Virus record (IMG/VR): IMGVR_UViG_2541047850_000005
Location: 3,554-67,553 of that record
Reading direction: 5' to 3' (one strand)
Origin: a virus
Taxonomy: Duplodnaviria; Heunggongvirae; Uroviricota; Caudoviricetes
DNA length: 64,000 nucleotides
Under the pieces are notes generated by a model that made no database searches, was not told where the DNA came from, and saw only the letters and a program-made list of their open reading frames with translations. Position numbers and translations under genes: made by a program. Positions 38,965 through 48,136 of this stretch are shown one piece after another (position 1 is the stretch's first letter; the number at the start of each line of letters is the position of its first letter).

Positions 38965-40059
38965 ATGTCCACAAAAAATAAAAAAGGTAAAAATAACAAA
39001 GAAGTAGAAGATAACATCGACAACTTTGAAGAAGGTTCCCTTGAATTGTACACAGGGGAACTTGTCCCTAATAGCAACAATACAGTCCAACCAATTGCGT
39101 TGATGCGACTGGGGTTGTTCGTCCCCACGCTTAAGGGAACAAAATACAGTAAACGTAACAAGCCAAATGAGATCGATGCTTCAAAGGAGCTTGTCCAGCT
39201 CGAAGTAGCCCGTTCTGAAGGCTATTCCGATATCAAGATAACCGGTCCTCGTCTCGACATGGATCATGATTTCAAAACGTGGGTGGGCGTTGTGCGTTCG
39301 CTGGCAGAATACGGCGAACCTAATGGTCGTGTCGAGTTAAGCATCACGAAATTTGCGAAGTTTTGTGGCTATCCATCGTCACAGATCCGCAAAACACTCC
39401 GCGACCGGCTTACAAACAGTCTTTTGAAGATCATGCGTACAACTCTGTCTTTCCAGAGAACGTATGAAGAAAAGAACGTCGACGGCTCTAACAAGATCTC
39501 GCTTCTGATGGTGCACCTCATCAATAGCGTGGACTACAACGAGCAGAAAGATACGGTGGTGTTCTATGCAGAACCGAAGCTGGCCGAACTATATCGCTTT
39601 GACCATAAGGTTCTTTTGCAGTTAAAGGTTATCAATAAGCTACCACGCAAAGAAACAGCACAGGCTCTGTACACCTTCATCGAAAGTCTTCCAACCAAGC
39701 CTGCGCCGGTATCGCTTGCTCGATTGCGTGCGCGACTCAATTTGAGTAGCAGGAATGTCAGCTCGCAGAATCAGACTATACGTAACGGCTTAAAAGCTCT
39801 CCAAGATTTGGGCTATCTCGAATACAGCGAGATTAAGCGTGGGCGGTCGATCTATATCCAGATTCACAGCCGCAATCCAAAACTCAAAGTCGCACCGCCA
39901 AAACCTGAAGACATCGAACCCAAAAAACCAGATGAGAAAGCTGGGGAAATTGATGCCAAACAGAACATTATCAACAAGATAACCGAACTTTCGCAGAATT
40001 TGACGCCTGAAAATATCAAGATGATTGAGATCCTTTCCAATAGTCTCAAACTGCTTTGA
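38965..40059 (+). CDS. repA: iteron-binding replication initiator (RepA-like)
   Basis: Only large plus-strand gene in the element, flanked by iterons; start set at MSTKNKKGK because the ORF-track start at 38845 lies inside the iterons. Confidence 0.7.
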   Translation: MSTKNKKGKNNKEVEDNIDNFEEGSLELYTGELVPNSNNTVQPIALMRLGLFVPTLKGTKYSKRNKPNEIDASKELVQLEVARSEGYSDIKITGPRLDMDHDFKTWVGVVRSLAEYGEPNGRVELSITKFAKFCGYPSSQIRKTLRDRLTNSLLKIMRTTLSFQRTYEEKNVDGSNKISLLMVHLINSVDYNEQKDTVVFYAEPKLAELYRFDHKVLLQLKVINKLPRKETAQALYTFIESLPTKPAPVSLARLRARLNLSSRNVSSQNQTIRNGLKALQDLGYLEYSEIKRGRSIYIQIHSRNPKLKVAPPKPEDIEPKKPDEKAGEIDAKQNIINKITELSQNLTPENIKMIEILSNSLKLL

Positions 40060-40590
40060 TATGCTGTCAGCGGTGAAATGTATGCTATCAGCGGCTATTT
40101 TTCTGAAAAGTATGCTGTGAACGGTTAAAGATATGCTACCAGCGGTATAGTGAGATAAACGTATGCTGTGAGCGGTAAATCATCTATCACCACTCAATGC
40201 TCTTTTATACCTCCCCAGTGGTTACTAACCTCGAAGAGTGCATTCCATATAGGTTTGCGCTCACTAACATTCTATTCCCATTGCGCTGATTACTTGTAGT
40301 GAAAGGTATTTATTGCCTGCTGCTCCCTGATAGAACGTATGCTGTCAGCGGTGTTTTATTGAGGAATTTTTGTTTGGATATGCTATCAGCGGTAATTAAT
40401 GGCATATGTCAGACCTTCGTATGCTGCCAGCGGTAATTTTGTTCTGGTTATACCCATACCGGTACACATTATTCATGCAATGTCTTAAGTATGCTGTCAG
40501 CGGTAAAAAATCGAGTAAAGTATGCTGTGAGCGGTGAGATAGACTCTCGATATGCTATCAGCGGCAGTTGATTGTGTATGCTGTCAGCGG
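40060..40590 (+). repeat. downstream iteron array (incA-like control locus)
   Basis: 12 copies of TATGCT(G/A)(T/C)(C/G)A(G/A)CGG(T/C) in two clusters (5 + 7) with irregular 3-170 bp spacing; same unit as upstream of the rep gene. Confidence 0.75.
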
Positions 40591-40638
40591 TGACGACTAT
40601 GAAATATGACTGCGGAACGTGCCGCAGTCAGTTTGCAT

Positions 40639-40851
40639 TTAGTGTATTTTCTTCAACAGACCCCAAAGTGTTCCGGCTTTTGTAGTCAGTTTTCCTGTTT
40701 CTGGATCGTACATACGCCATTCACGCCGCTGGTGGACGATATACCCATCTTCACGTTCCAGACGCTCAAGAATGCCAGGCTGCTTGAAACCCTTAGCACG
40801 CCAGTATCCGCTTGTTTTCTCGATTTCCAGACCTGCCAGTGTTAATGCCAT
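40639..40851 (-). CDS. hypothetical protein (70 aa)
   Basis: ORF track. Confidence 0.35.
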   Translation of the reverse strand: MALTLAGLEIEKTSGYWRAKGFKQPGILERLEREDGYIVHQRREWRMYDPETGKLTTKAGTLWGLLKKIH

Positions 40852-41186
40852 TATCCAACCTCCTTGCAGTCATCGAAAAGGTAGCTTTGCTGAGAAGCGT
40901 GAACGCCATAGAAGCCCTTGTATTTGTTGTATACGAAGTGGTCTTCTCCGACGCCGGTTAATTTGCCATTACGGTTTGTGAGATATGGGGATGACAATAC
41001 TCGATCGTCACGCACAACATAGAACTGGTCGCCGCTGTCTACGACCATCGCTCCATATGGTGCTTTTATGACGTCGGTAAGAGCGCCATTCTTAACGTCG
41101 GCTACAGACATTTCACACTGATAAACAGTGGTGTCGGTCACAACGATCGAGGAAAGGAACAACAGAGCGAATGGGATGGCCTTCAT
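40851..41186 (-). CDS. hypothetical secreted protein (signal peptide)
   Basis: N-terminal MKAIPFALLFLSSIVVT signal-like sequence; ATGA-type overlap with a possible upstream 55-aa hydrophobic ORF (about 41187-41350). Confidence 0.4.
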   Translation of the reverse strand: MKAIPFALLFLSSIVVTDTTVYQCEMSVADVKNGALTDVIKAPYGAMVVDSGDQFYVVRDDRVLSSPYLTNRNGKLTGVGEDHFVYNKYKGFYGVHASQQSYLFDDCKEVG

Positions 41187-41401
41187 GCTGCCACCTCTTT
41201 GATTACATCAAATGCTGAATTAAATACGAGCACGATAGCCAAAGCGTTTATGACTACGTCGTTCACCGGGGAAAAGACTTTACGAATGACACCGGTGAAA
41301 ATGCAGTCGATGACAAAAGCTATTGAAACGATGAGTAACAAGTATTCAATAAAAATCTTAATGATAGGTAGATACTAACTTATATAAATTTTACTGTAAA
41401 C

Positions 41402-41677
41402 TCACTCAAAAGTGCTGATGCTTAAAATACGCTCAAGATGTGCGGCATCTTCATCACTGATTTGTTGAGTCTCTTCTACGTACCAACAGTTGCCGTTATG
41501 CCAACAAACACCATCATCATCAACCATCACTGAATCAGCGTCATGACCTGTATATTCAACGAGAATACGCTGGATCAGCGCGTCAGTTTCTTCGTCGTTA
41601 AGACCATCGGCTTTGACCATAAAAAGCGGAAACACGTCATAGACAGTGCTGGTAACGATTCGAACTAAAACTCTCAT
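41402..41677 (-). CDS. hypothetical protein (91 aa)
   Basis: ORF track; AAAAGGAAAAACAC-ATG context. Confidence 0.4.
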   Translation of the reverse strand: MRVLVRIVTSTVYDVFPLFMVKADGLNDEETDALIQRILVEYTGHDADSVMVDDDGVCWHNGNCWYVEETQQISDEDAAHLERILSISTFE

Positions 41678-41732
41678 GTGTTTTTCCTTTTGTGGTTAGT
41701 GTTTACTTATTTTGTTAGTTATGAATAGGCGA

Positions 41733-42158
41733 TCAATCTTCTTGTTTAGGGAAAAACTGTTCAATAACTCTGTCAACGGCTGTGTCTATATGGAGTAGAT
41801 GCCACACAACCATATCTTTGCTTCCCATGCCTTGTGTGAATATCACGTCATACTTACGCCATGCGCAGTGGAACCAATATGCTGAGTCATCAATTGGTAA
41901 ATCCTCTCCCGCCTCTTTGAAGTATTTCAGCAGCATTGCCTGCTCTGCCGTTGGCGTTGGGCCTATTTCCTGAGCGTACATACGGATGAATCGCTGCCAG
42001 TCTGTCTCGTCGGGGGTTGGATCTGGTGGGGTCATTTCTGAGATAGCGTTTCGTAGCTGATGCGCCCAATCAGGTTCAGGAAAGCCTTTTGCTACTTCAT
42101 CATCAATAACATCCAGAGCCACGTTTGCGGCATCGTAGAGTTTCTTAATAGCTGTCAT
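41733..42158 (-). CDS. hypothetical protein (141 aa)
   Basis: ORF track; motif-1 copy at 42170-42194. Confidence 0.45.
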   Translation of the reverse strand: MTAIKKLYDAANVALDVIDDEVAKGFPEPDWAHQLRNAISEMTPPDPTPDETDWQRFIRMYAQEIGPTPTAEQAMLLKYFKEAGEDLPIDDSAYWFHCAWRKYDVIFTQGMGSKDMVVWHLLHIDTAVDRVIEQFFPKQED

Positions 42159-42204
42159 GTTTTCTTATCCTTTTAAACAAATTGTTTTCTTAATAAGATA
42201 ATTG

Positions 42205-42233
42205 CGATAAAAAAGGCGTCCAACTGGACGCCT
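42205..42233 (-). terminator. rho-independent terminator
   Basis: Minus-strand AGGCGTCCAGTTGGACGCCT + TTTTT, 18 nt after the SPFH gene stop. Confidence 0.7.
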
Positions 42234-42250
42234 GATCTTCTCAAAGAGAG

Positions 42251-43081
42251 TTATTTCACTGTAATGAAAGGAGTGTTAGCCCCTTGAGTCATGTACTGCG
42301 GTAACTGGCCATTCCATTTATTGATGGCTTCCAGCTCCATAACGTTCGGGTTTTGACGCAGAGCTTCACCGCGCAGACGAATGGCGTCTGCTTCTGCTTG
42401 CGCACGAGCACGGATAGCATCAGCTTCACCATTAGCCTGTTCACGTAGCATATTCGCCTCAGCTTTACGTTGTTCAACTTCCTGCTGACGTTGCAGAGTA
42501 CGCTGGTTAGCCGTTACTTTGGCGTTGATAGATTCAATGACGGTTTTTGGGTAATCAGGCTTTCCAACCCATGACAGGCTCAGTACCTCAATACCAACCG
42601 GAGACATCTCTTTCTGAATATCTTTCAGTGCGTTGTCCAGCAATTGTGCCTTACCACCGTCGATAAATGAGTCAGTGGTCATACGGCTGGCCAAACGGTT
42701 TAGAGAGTCGGCAATTTTCTGACGCAGATCTGATTCGGTGATATCGTCTACGCCTTTGCGATAGGTCTGGAACACCGTCGTTACCTTGTCACGATTAACC
42801 AGATACGCAACGCCAATTTTGTGACCAATAGCAGTACCGTCACTCATCTGGAATGTGAACGGCTCGTCGTAGGTCTTCATTTGTTTGAAGGTCGGGAATA
42901 CGTAAAGTTCGGTGTTAAGACCTGTCCATTGGCGACCAACGCCAACTACTTCACCAATCCCTTTGTCTTCACCTAATTTGTTTACTTTGATGCCAACGTA
43001 TCCAGGCTCCACGCGATCACAGCCAGTAAGACCCATTGTGCAAACAGCGGCCACGATCACTGCCAGTAAACCTTTCTTCAT
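42251..43081 (-). CDS. SPFH/band-7 domain lipoprotein
   Basis: Lipobox LTGC after a signal peptide; band-7-like core and C-terminal coiled coil (EADAIRARAQAEADAIRLRGEAL). Confidence 0.6.
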   Translation of the reverse strand: MKKGLLAVIVAAVCTMGLTGCDRVEPGYVGIKVNKLGEDKGIGEVVGVGRQWTGLNTELYVFPTFKQMKTYDEPFTFQMSDGTAIGHKIGVAYLVNRDKVTTVFQTYRKGVDDITESDLRQKIADSLNRLASRMTTDSFIDGGKAQLLDNALKDIQKEMSPVGIEVLSLSWVGKPDYPKTVIESINAKVTANQRTLQRQQEVEQRKAEANMLREQANGEADAIRARAQAEADAIRLRGEALRQNPNVMELEAINKWNGQLPQYMTQGANTPFITVK

Positions 43082-43084
43082 TAC

Positions 43085-43285
43085 TTACTTCTCCTTCGAA
43101 TTGATGAGTGACTTTAGAAACTTACGACCTGCAATAAACCCGATCACAGGAGCGCCAAAAGCAACGATGATTCCAAGCATTACGGCAATGTCGCTTTTAG
43201 TAGAGATCAGCGACGGAACCAGCAAACAGTAGATGAAAACTACAGATAGACCTGTAACTACTGCCATAAGATAGAGTTTGATCAT
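43085..43285 (-). CDS. small two-TM membrane protein (66 aa) coupled to SPFH gene
   Basis: Two hydrophobic helices; stop 3 nt before the SPFH start; motif-2 element at 43314-43336. Confidence 0.45.
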   Translation of the reverse strand: MIKLYLMAVVTGLSVVFIYCLLVPSLISTKSDIAVMLGIIVAFGAPVIGFIAGRKFLKSLINSKEK

Positions 43286-43344
43286 GTGTTTTCCTATGTG
43301 GTTGTTATGCGAAAATAATAAGTAAGTGCTTATGTATTTTCAAG

Positions 43345-43372
43345 AGATAAAAAAGGCGTCCTGTGGACGCCT
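43345..43372 (-). terminator. rho-independent terminator
   Basis: Minus-strand AGGCGTCCACAGGACGCCT + TTTTTT directly after the RecA-like stop. Confidence 0.7.
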
Positions 43373-43377
43373 TGTGT

Positions 43378-45717
43378 TTACTCTTCTACTGACTCGGTGG
43401 GGTTGTCTTTTGCTCTTCGGTCGTCGATTGCCTGCAAAGCCGCAATGATTTCAGCCAGTGGCTTCTCCCGATACATCTCGACGATCTGCGATTTGGTGTA
43501 TTTCTTGTCACCAATTTCAACTCGCCCGCTGGCGTTCTTTGGCAGGTATCCTTCTTCCAGCATGTACTCGACGAGCGATTCGATAACGTCGAGGCCACGA
43601 GTAGGATCGAAGTAGAATTTCCAGGTGCATTTGCCATACGGTGGTGCAACTTTGTTTTTGATGCATTCTGCGCCTACGTCCTGGCCGATCTTCTCTTTAC
43701 CATCCTTCATCACCGATGCACCAAGACGGATACGTACAGAAGCGTAGAACTTCGGTGAATCTCCACCTGGCGACGTAGTAGGGTCGCCAAACATTACACC
43801 GATTTTTGTGCGAACCTGATTCAAGAAGATGATGCAGGCGTTGTATTTGCGTGCCCACAAAGCCAGAGTAGGGAAGTTCGCACTTGTCGCACGAGCCAGT
43901 GCCGTATTGTCGTTCATGTTTAGCTGATCTTTGTCTTTGGCAGTGCCTTCAGCCATCTTTTCGAACTTCTCGGCTTTGGAGTTCGGAACCATAGACGCAA
44001 GTGAGTCAGCCACGATACAGATAGGTGCTGATTCAGGAATAAGCTCTTCATCACGTACCAATTTAAGAATTGTGCCGATCAACTCTACAGAGTCTTCGAA
44101 GGTATCAGGCTGCTTGTATACCCACTGACCGTCATCCTCATCTGCGTTCAGGCCATTGGCTACAGCCAGGCCAACGTCAAAACTGTTTTCATGATCGAGG
44201 AATACCGCCAGACCATCTTGTTTTTGAGCGGAGATCATCGCTGCTGTTGCAAGGAATGTGTTGTGGCTGATAATCCCGTTAGACCAGAAAGAGTGTGTTT
44301 CCGGCATCGCTACGTCGAACGTTGGTGCTTCACCTTCCTCAATAGCCACGACTTCGTCGTAGAATAAGTTAGAGCCAATTACCGCTGCCAGTTGTGCAAA
44401 CAGATGCTCGTTAAAACGATTCTTTCTGCCAATGAAGGAGACATAGATTTCTCGCAGTTTGTCTATTCCGACACGATCGCCGCGGCCAATAACGTGGTCT
44501 ACCAGAGCGTAGTCTTCACGGGTGGTCTTGGTGAGCGACTCGTAGAGTGATTTCACTAAGCCGCTGATGTGCGGAACATAGCCTGAGTAAGTGCGGTCAA
44601 AACCAATGTCCCGTTTGGTTGCCACTGATAAACGTGCCGGAGATTCGAAACCAATCGTTGACAGAAAAAGGTCGTAATTAGAGCCACTGAATGACAGCCG
44701 GTAATATGTATTTTCATAACCCGCGACGTGTTTTTCAGAGATAGTTGACGTAATCCCCAGATTCAGGAGCATGAGGCGAATTTGCTGTAGCAGCAGCCCA
44801 CTCGCGCTCACAACCTCAATGCAGCGACCACCATTGACGTGGCATTCCAGCTCAAAGTAGCCGCGAAGGAATGCAATTTGAGCCTCGCTATTGGCGCGAC
44901 GCACACTCAACGGAACCTGCTTGCCAGCAGCTTTCTCATACTCCAGACCATATTCTTTAAAAAGCAGCGAACGCACCTCTTTGCTAAACAGCACATGGTC
45001 TTCCGAGCCGTTATGTTTTCTCGTAACTGGCATCTTGTCTGATACCAGCGAAATGAGGCGGTAGTACTCATCCTTGATGAATGGATCTGTGTTAGAAAAA
45101 TGCACAGAATTTTCAGAGGCCACGTATCCGTCAGCAATTAAATAGCCCATCAGTTTTGCGATATTGGCATCCAAGTGCTGATCGCCGAATTGATGTGTGC
45201 CAACCATTGAAGGAATCGTGTCGCCTACACTGATTTTTTCAGCATACCGCCAGACGATATTGCCTAAGTCGTCAACCACACGAATTGGGTGACGGAACGT
45301 AGCCTCGATGTAACCCCCTGATGCCAGCTTAATGCGCTTGAATTTGCGACGGTTGTTCCATGTCAGGTGTGAGGTTTTCTCTATCACGCCATTTTCATTG
45401 ATGAGTCCAACGTTATGCTCTACATCGCGAGTAGTGCATGTTGCTTTGTGCCCCTCAATCTCAAACAGTTCTTTCACTGTTACCATTCCACGCTCCGTCA
45501 GCAGCATGGTGTCTGCGGTAACACATTTCCCCGCACTTGGAGGACCGAATACTTCGACGATACGACCACATGGGAAACCGCCATCGTAACGACCGGAAAT
45601 CGCTTTGTTTAACGGAGGAAAGCCTGTGTCAATCCAATGAGTTACTTTCTGAATTTCGTCGTTGCTACCGATTTTCTTTTTCAGAGCAAGTGCCAGTGCG
45701 GATTTTCCTTTTGCCAT
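43378..45717 (-). CDS. recA: RecA-family recombinase interrupted by an intein
   Basis: N-extein ends …VFGPPSAGK, C-extein resumes TFLATAAM…FLNQVRTKIGVMFGDPTTSPGG…FYASVRIRLG (collinear with bacterial RecA); 779 aa total, 357 aa after predicted splicing. Confidence 0.85.
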   Translation of the reverse strand: MAKGKSALALALKKKIGSNDEIQKVTHWIDTGFPPLNKAISGRYDGGFPCGRIVEVFGPPSAGKCVTADTMLLTERGMVTVKELFEIEGHKATCTTRDVEHNVGLINENGVIEKTSHLTWNNRRKFKRIKLASGGYIEATFRHPIRVVDDLGNIVWRYAEKISVGDTIPSMVGTHQFGDQHLDANIAKLMGYLIADGYVASENSVHFSNTDPFIKDEYYRLISLVSDKMPVTRKHNGSEDHVLFSKEVRSLLFKEYGLEYEKAAGKQVPLSVRRANSEAQIAFLRGYFELECHVNGGRCIEVVSASGLLLQQIRLMLLNLGITSTISEKHVAGYENTYYRLSFSGSNYDLFLSTIGFESPARLSVATKRDIGFDRTYSGYVPHISGLVKSLYESLTKTTREDYALVDHVIGRGDRVGIDKLREIYVSFIGRKNRFNEHLFAQLAAVIGSNLFYDEVVAIEEGEAPTFDVAMPETHSFWSNGIISHNTFLATAAMISAQKQDGLAVFLDHENSFDVGLAVANGLNADEDDGQWVYKQPDTFEDSVELIGTILKLVRDEELIPESAPICIVADSLASMVPNSKAEKFEKMAEGTAKDKDQLNMNDNTALARATSANFPTLALWARKYNACIIFLNQVRTKIGVMFGDPTTSPGGDSPKFYASVRIRLGASVMKDGKEKIGQDVGAECIKNKVAPPYGKCTWKFYFDPTRGLDVIESLVEYMLEEGYLPKNASGRVEIGDKKYTKSQIVEMYREKPLAEIIAALQAIDDRRAKDNPTESVEE
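44260..45525 (-). mobile_element. intein with LAGLIDADG homing endonuclease, inserted in the RecA P-loop
   Basis: Begins CVTADTMLL, contains ATFRHP (TxxH), LMGYLIADGYV and FLRGYFELECHV, ends GIISHN followed by Thr; about 422 aa. Confidence 0.85.
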
Positions 45718-45719
45718 GA

Positions 45720-45992
45720 TCAGGCTCCTTTTGTTTCGTTGATTCGTTTTAAAGCGGCGGATTCGTCGAATACAATCGCATCGTGGTTAAGGTGTCTGGA
45801 TACACGAGCGAGGATTTTTACGACCTGCTCGCTGACTAATCCAAACTCGCGATCTGTCGCTTTCATTCCGGCAGCGTCTAGAATTGACGGCAGTGCGATG
45901 ACAGCGTACTCACCGTGATAAAAGACAATCTCTTTTGCCAGTTGGGTAGGGGTGGTTGTAGCGCCATTAATAATCGATTTAAGCATTAGCAA
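45720..45992 (-). CDS. hypothetical protein (90 aa)
   Basis: ORF track; coupled to RecA and FEN genes. Confidence 0.4.
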   Translation of the reverse strand: MLMLKSIINGATTTPTQLAKEIVFYHGEYAVIALPSILDAAGMKATDREFGLVSEQVVKILARVSRHLNHDAIVFDESAALKRINETKGA

Positions 45993-46981
45993 TACCTTTC
46001 GAATGGAAGAACAAACACTTCAAGGTCTTCAAGGAACGAACGGAAATTCAGCTCGTAGCACAGTTGCTCGAATGCTTTCACGTCACGATTGCCTTTGATT
46101 GTTTCGATTTCGGTAGGCGGAAACTTCGTCTCAATCAGGTTCATTAGCGTGATGTTTCTCTTGAACGCTTCGAGCATTCGACAGCCTGTTTTCTCGTTGA
46201 AGGCATTCTTCGCTAGTTTGTTGAAGGCGGTCTTATGACGCCCTTTATTAACCACGATTGAGCCGTCGTTGATGCCGCGTACCATCGTTGCGACACTTCC
46301 CCATTCATGCAGTAGCTCTTTCGCACCGCCAGCACCAATGCCACCAACACCGCTAATGTTGTCCGATTTATCGCCTTGTAATGCTTTTGCTTCCAAAAAT
46401 GCGCGAGGAGTAGCGAATCCTGTCAGCTCCGCAAATTGCTCAAAATTAACCTGCTTGTTTTTGGCGTCTTCGCGCAGGCTTACCCAGCTTACGTTTTCGC
46501 GAACTAACTGAAGCCAGTCGCTATCGCCTGTTAACAGATAGATGTGTTCAACGATTGGCTGCGGTGCAATGCTGGCTACCAGCAGCCCGGCCAGATCATC
46601 CGCTTCTGCATCTTTTGCAATGAGTTGGGTAACTCCAAGCGCGGTCATCATTTTGAGGATGTATGGCTTCTGGATAGCAAAGCCTTCCTTCATCTTTTTC
46701 ATATCAGGATCGTCGTCGCGATTTGCTTTGTAGTCCGGGTAAAAGTCGCGACGCTTGTCACTAAATCCATCCCAAAGAATCATAGGTCGGGCATGGAGGA
46801 TGGAGGCATAACGACGGACGTTCTTAACAAAGCCGAAAGCAGCCTGTACTTCCATTTCGCCGTTGTGCAATTTGTCAGATTGTTGGTGGTAATAACCCAG
46901 GCTATTGCCATCTACGAAGAGATAATTCTCCGGTACATTCCTTCCAAAAAGTAAGGCGTCCGTAGACGCCTTACTGGTCAC
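45986..46981 (-). CDS. 5'-3' exonuclease / flap endonuclease (FEN, Pol I 5'-nuclease family)
   Basis: LFVDGNSLGYY, AEADDLAG, LTGDSDWLQL, QGDKSDNISGVGGIG; start is GTG at 46981 and the first codons contain a hairpin, so the exact start is uncertain. Confidence 0.75.
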   Translation of the reverse strand: MTSKASTDALLFGRNVPENYLFVDGNSLGYYHQQSDKLHNGEMEVQAAFGFVKNVRRYASILHARPMILWDGFSDKRRDFYPDYKANRDDDPDMKKMKEGFAIQKPYILKMMTALGVTQLIAKDAEADDLAGLLVASIAPQPIVEHIYLLTGDSDWLQLVRENVSWVSLREDAKNKQVNFEQFAELTGFATPRAFLEAKALQGDKSDNISGVGGIGAGGAKELLHEWGSVATMVRGINDGSIVVNKGRHKTAFNKLAKNAFNEKTGCRMLEAFKRNITLMNLIETKFPPTEIETIKGNRDVKAFEQLCYELNFRSFLEDLEVFVLPFERYC

Positions 46982-46990
46982 GTAATGGGA

Positions 46991-48019
46991 TTAAAGAGAG
47001 TCCAGCTCTCTCAGTAGGTCATCCAGACCTTCATCTTCCGTCGCAGATGCGGCTGCTACAGATGTCGCTGCGACTGCTTCAGACTCTTTGACTGATACTG
47101 CAACGGCAGCGGAACTTGCTTCTGGTTTAAATTCAGTTTCAACGGCACGGAGGATTTCTTCATCAACCAGACTGGTTGGTTCAGAAGCTGGGGTGTGAGC
47201 GGTAGCTACAGCAGTCGCACCCTCCGTATGACCAGTGACAGAGCCAAATCCAGGCAGTGCCGCAGCCGATGTTTTCGCGGTTGAGGAAATTGCTGGTGCA
47301 GATGCTGCGGCAGTTGGTGCAGCGATGCCAATCAGACGACCCATAGTGCGAACTGTCGACAGAAGACGAGTTTCATCAGCCTGATTTGCGTATGCGATCA
47401 GATCATGCTGGGTGTTCCAGAATTTATCTTCGATATCGCCTTTGTAGACTTTACGCTTAGGCGAGACGTCATATTTGGTATCGCGACCAGAGCCAGTACG
47501 TTTAATCAGGAATGCGTAGCCTTCCTCTTTGCTCAGTGGATTACCGATATCATCAGCGATGTCTTCGGTGATTGCTTTGCAGATATCATCGAATACAGTA
47601 GACGGCAGCTCGATTAACTGGCATTTCTCAGCATCTGCGAAATCCTCACGAGCAGAAAGAATGCCGTTGACCAGGTAGCGAGGAGTGGCACGCATTTGAC
47701 CGATGCGTTCTTCCATTGCTTTGTTACCCTTGTGACGAGCGCGACCTTCCATCACCATTTCGCATAGCTGACAAGCGCGACCGTGAGTATGTTGCTCACA
47801 AATATAAGCGTTGGTTGCTTCTTTACCTTCCTCGTTCTGATACTTAACGTAGTGCATACCGAAAGTCTGGAAGAACTTACCGTTTGGGTCGTCTTTATTC
47901 GGGAAGATGCGGATATAGTTGACGCCGTCTTTTAAGCGAGTCAGATCAACGTTGTTACCACGTTTGGCGGCAATGTCTTCACGAGTTTTGTTAAGCAAAT
48001 CAAGTAATGTCTTAGACAT
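46991..48019 (-). CDS. putative single-stranded DNA-binding protein (gp32-like)
   Basis: Cys/His cluster CEQHTHGRACQLC, long Ala/Ser-rich linker and acidic C-terminal tail …EDEGLDDLLRELDSL typical of SSB interaction tails; inference. Confidence 0.45.
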   Translation of the reverse strand: MSKTLLDLLNKTREDIAAKRGNNVDLTRLKDGVNYIRIFPNKDDPNGKFFQTFGMHYVKYQNEEGKEATNAYICEQHTHGRACQLCEMVMEGRARHKGNKAMEERIGQMRATPRYLVNGILSAREDFADAEKCQLIELPSTVFDDICKAITEDIADDIGNPLSKEEGYAFLIKRTGSGRDTKYDVSPKRKVYKGDIEDKFWNTQHDLIAYANQADETRLLSTVRTMGRLIGIAAPTAAASAPAISSTAKTSAAALPGFGSVTGHTEGATAVATAHTPASEPTSLVDEEILRAVETEFKPEASSAAVAVSVKESEAVAATSVAAASATEDEGLDDLLRELDSL

Positions 48020-48136
48020 GTGTTTCTCCTTGTTGTGATTTGGCCGATGGCGCTATGCGCGTTGGGCTTTCGTTCATTCGTGGCTCTTTCGAGCTGTTTA
48101 ATGATAGATCAGTGCTTACTTATTATCTATCAAAAA

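Noticed and set aside
38726-38974. 82-aa minus-strand ORF and the first 40 codons of the ORF-track rep ORF
   Set aside because: Both are made of origin iterons and DnaA/GATC repeats; the Rep start was moved to the ATG at 38965.
38844-40590. Possible CRISPR array (regularly recurring 15-bp unit)
   Set aside because: Unit is only 15 bp, spacers vary from 3 to about 170 bp, copies flank a rep gene, and no cas genes are present; these are replication iterons.
46943-46974. Terminator hairpin GTAAGGCGTCTACGGACGCCTTAC + T-run after the SSB-like gene
   Set aside because: It lies inside the first codons of the FEN ORF (GTG start at 46981), so it may be an attenuator or coupling structure rather than a terminator.
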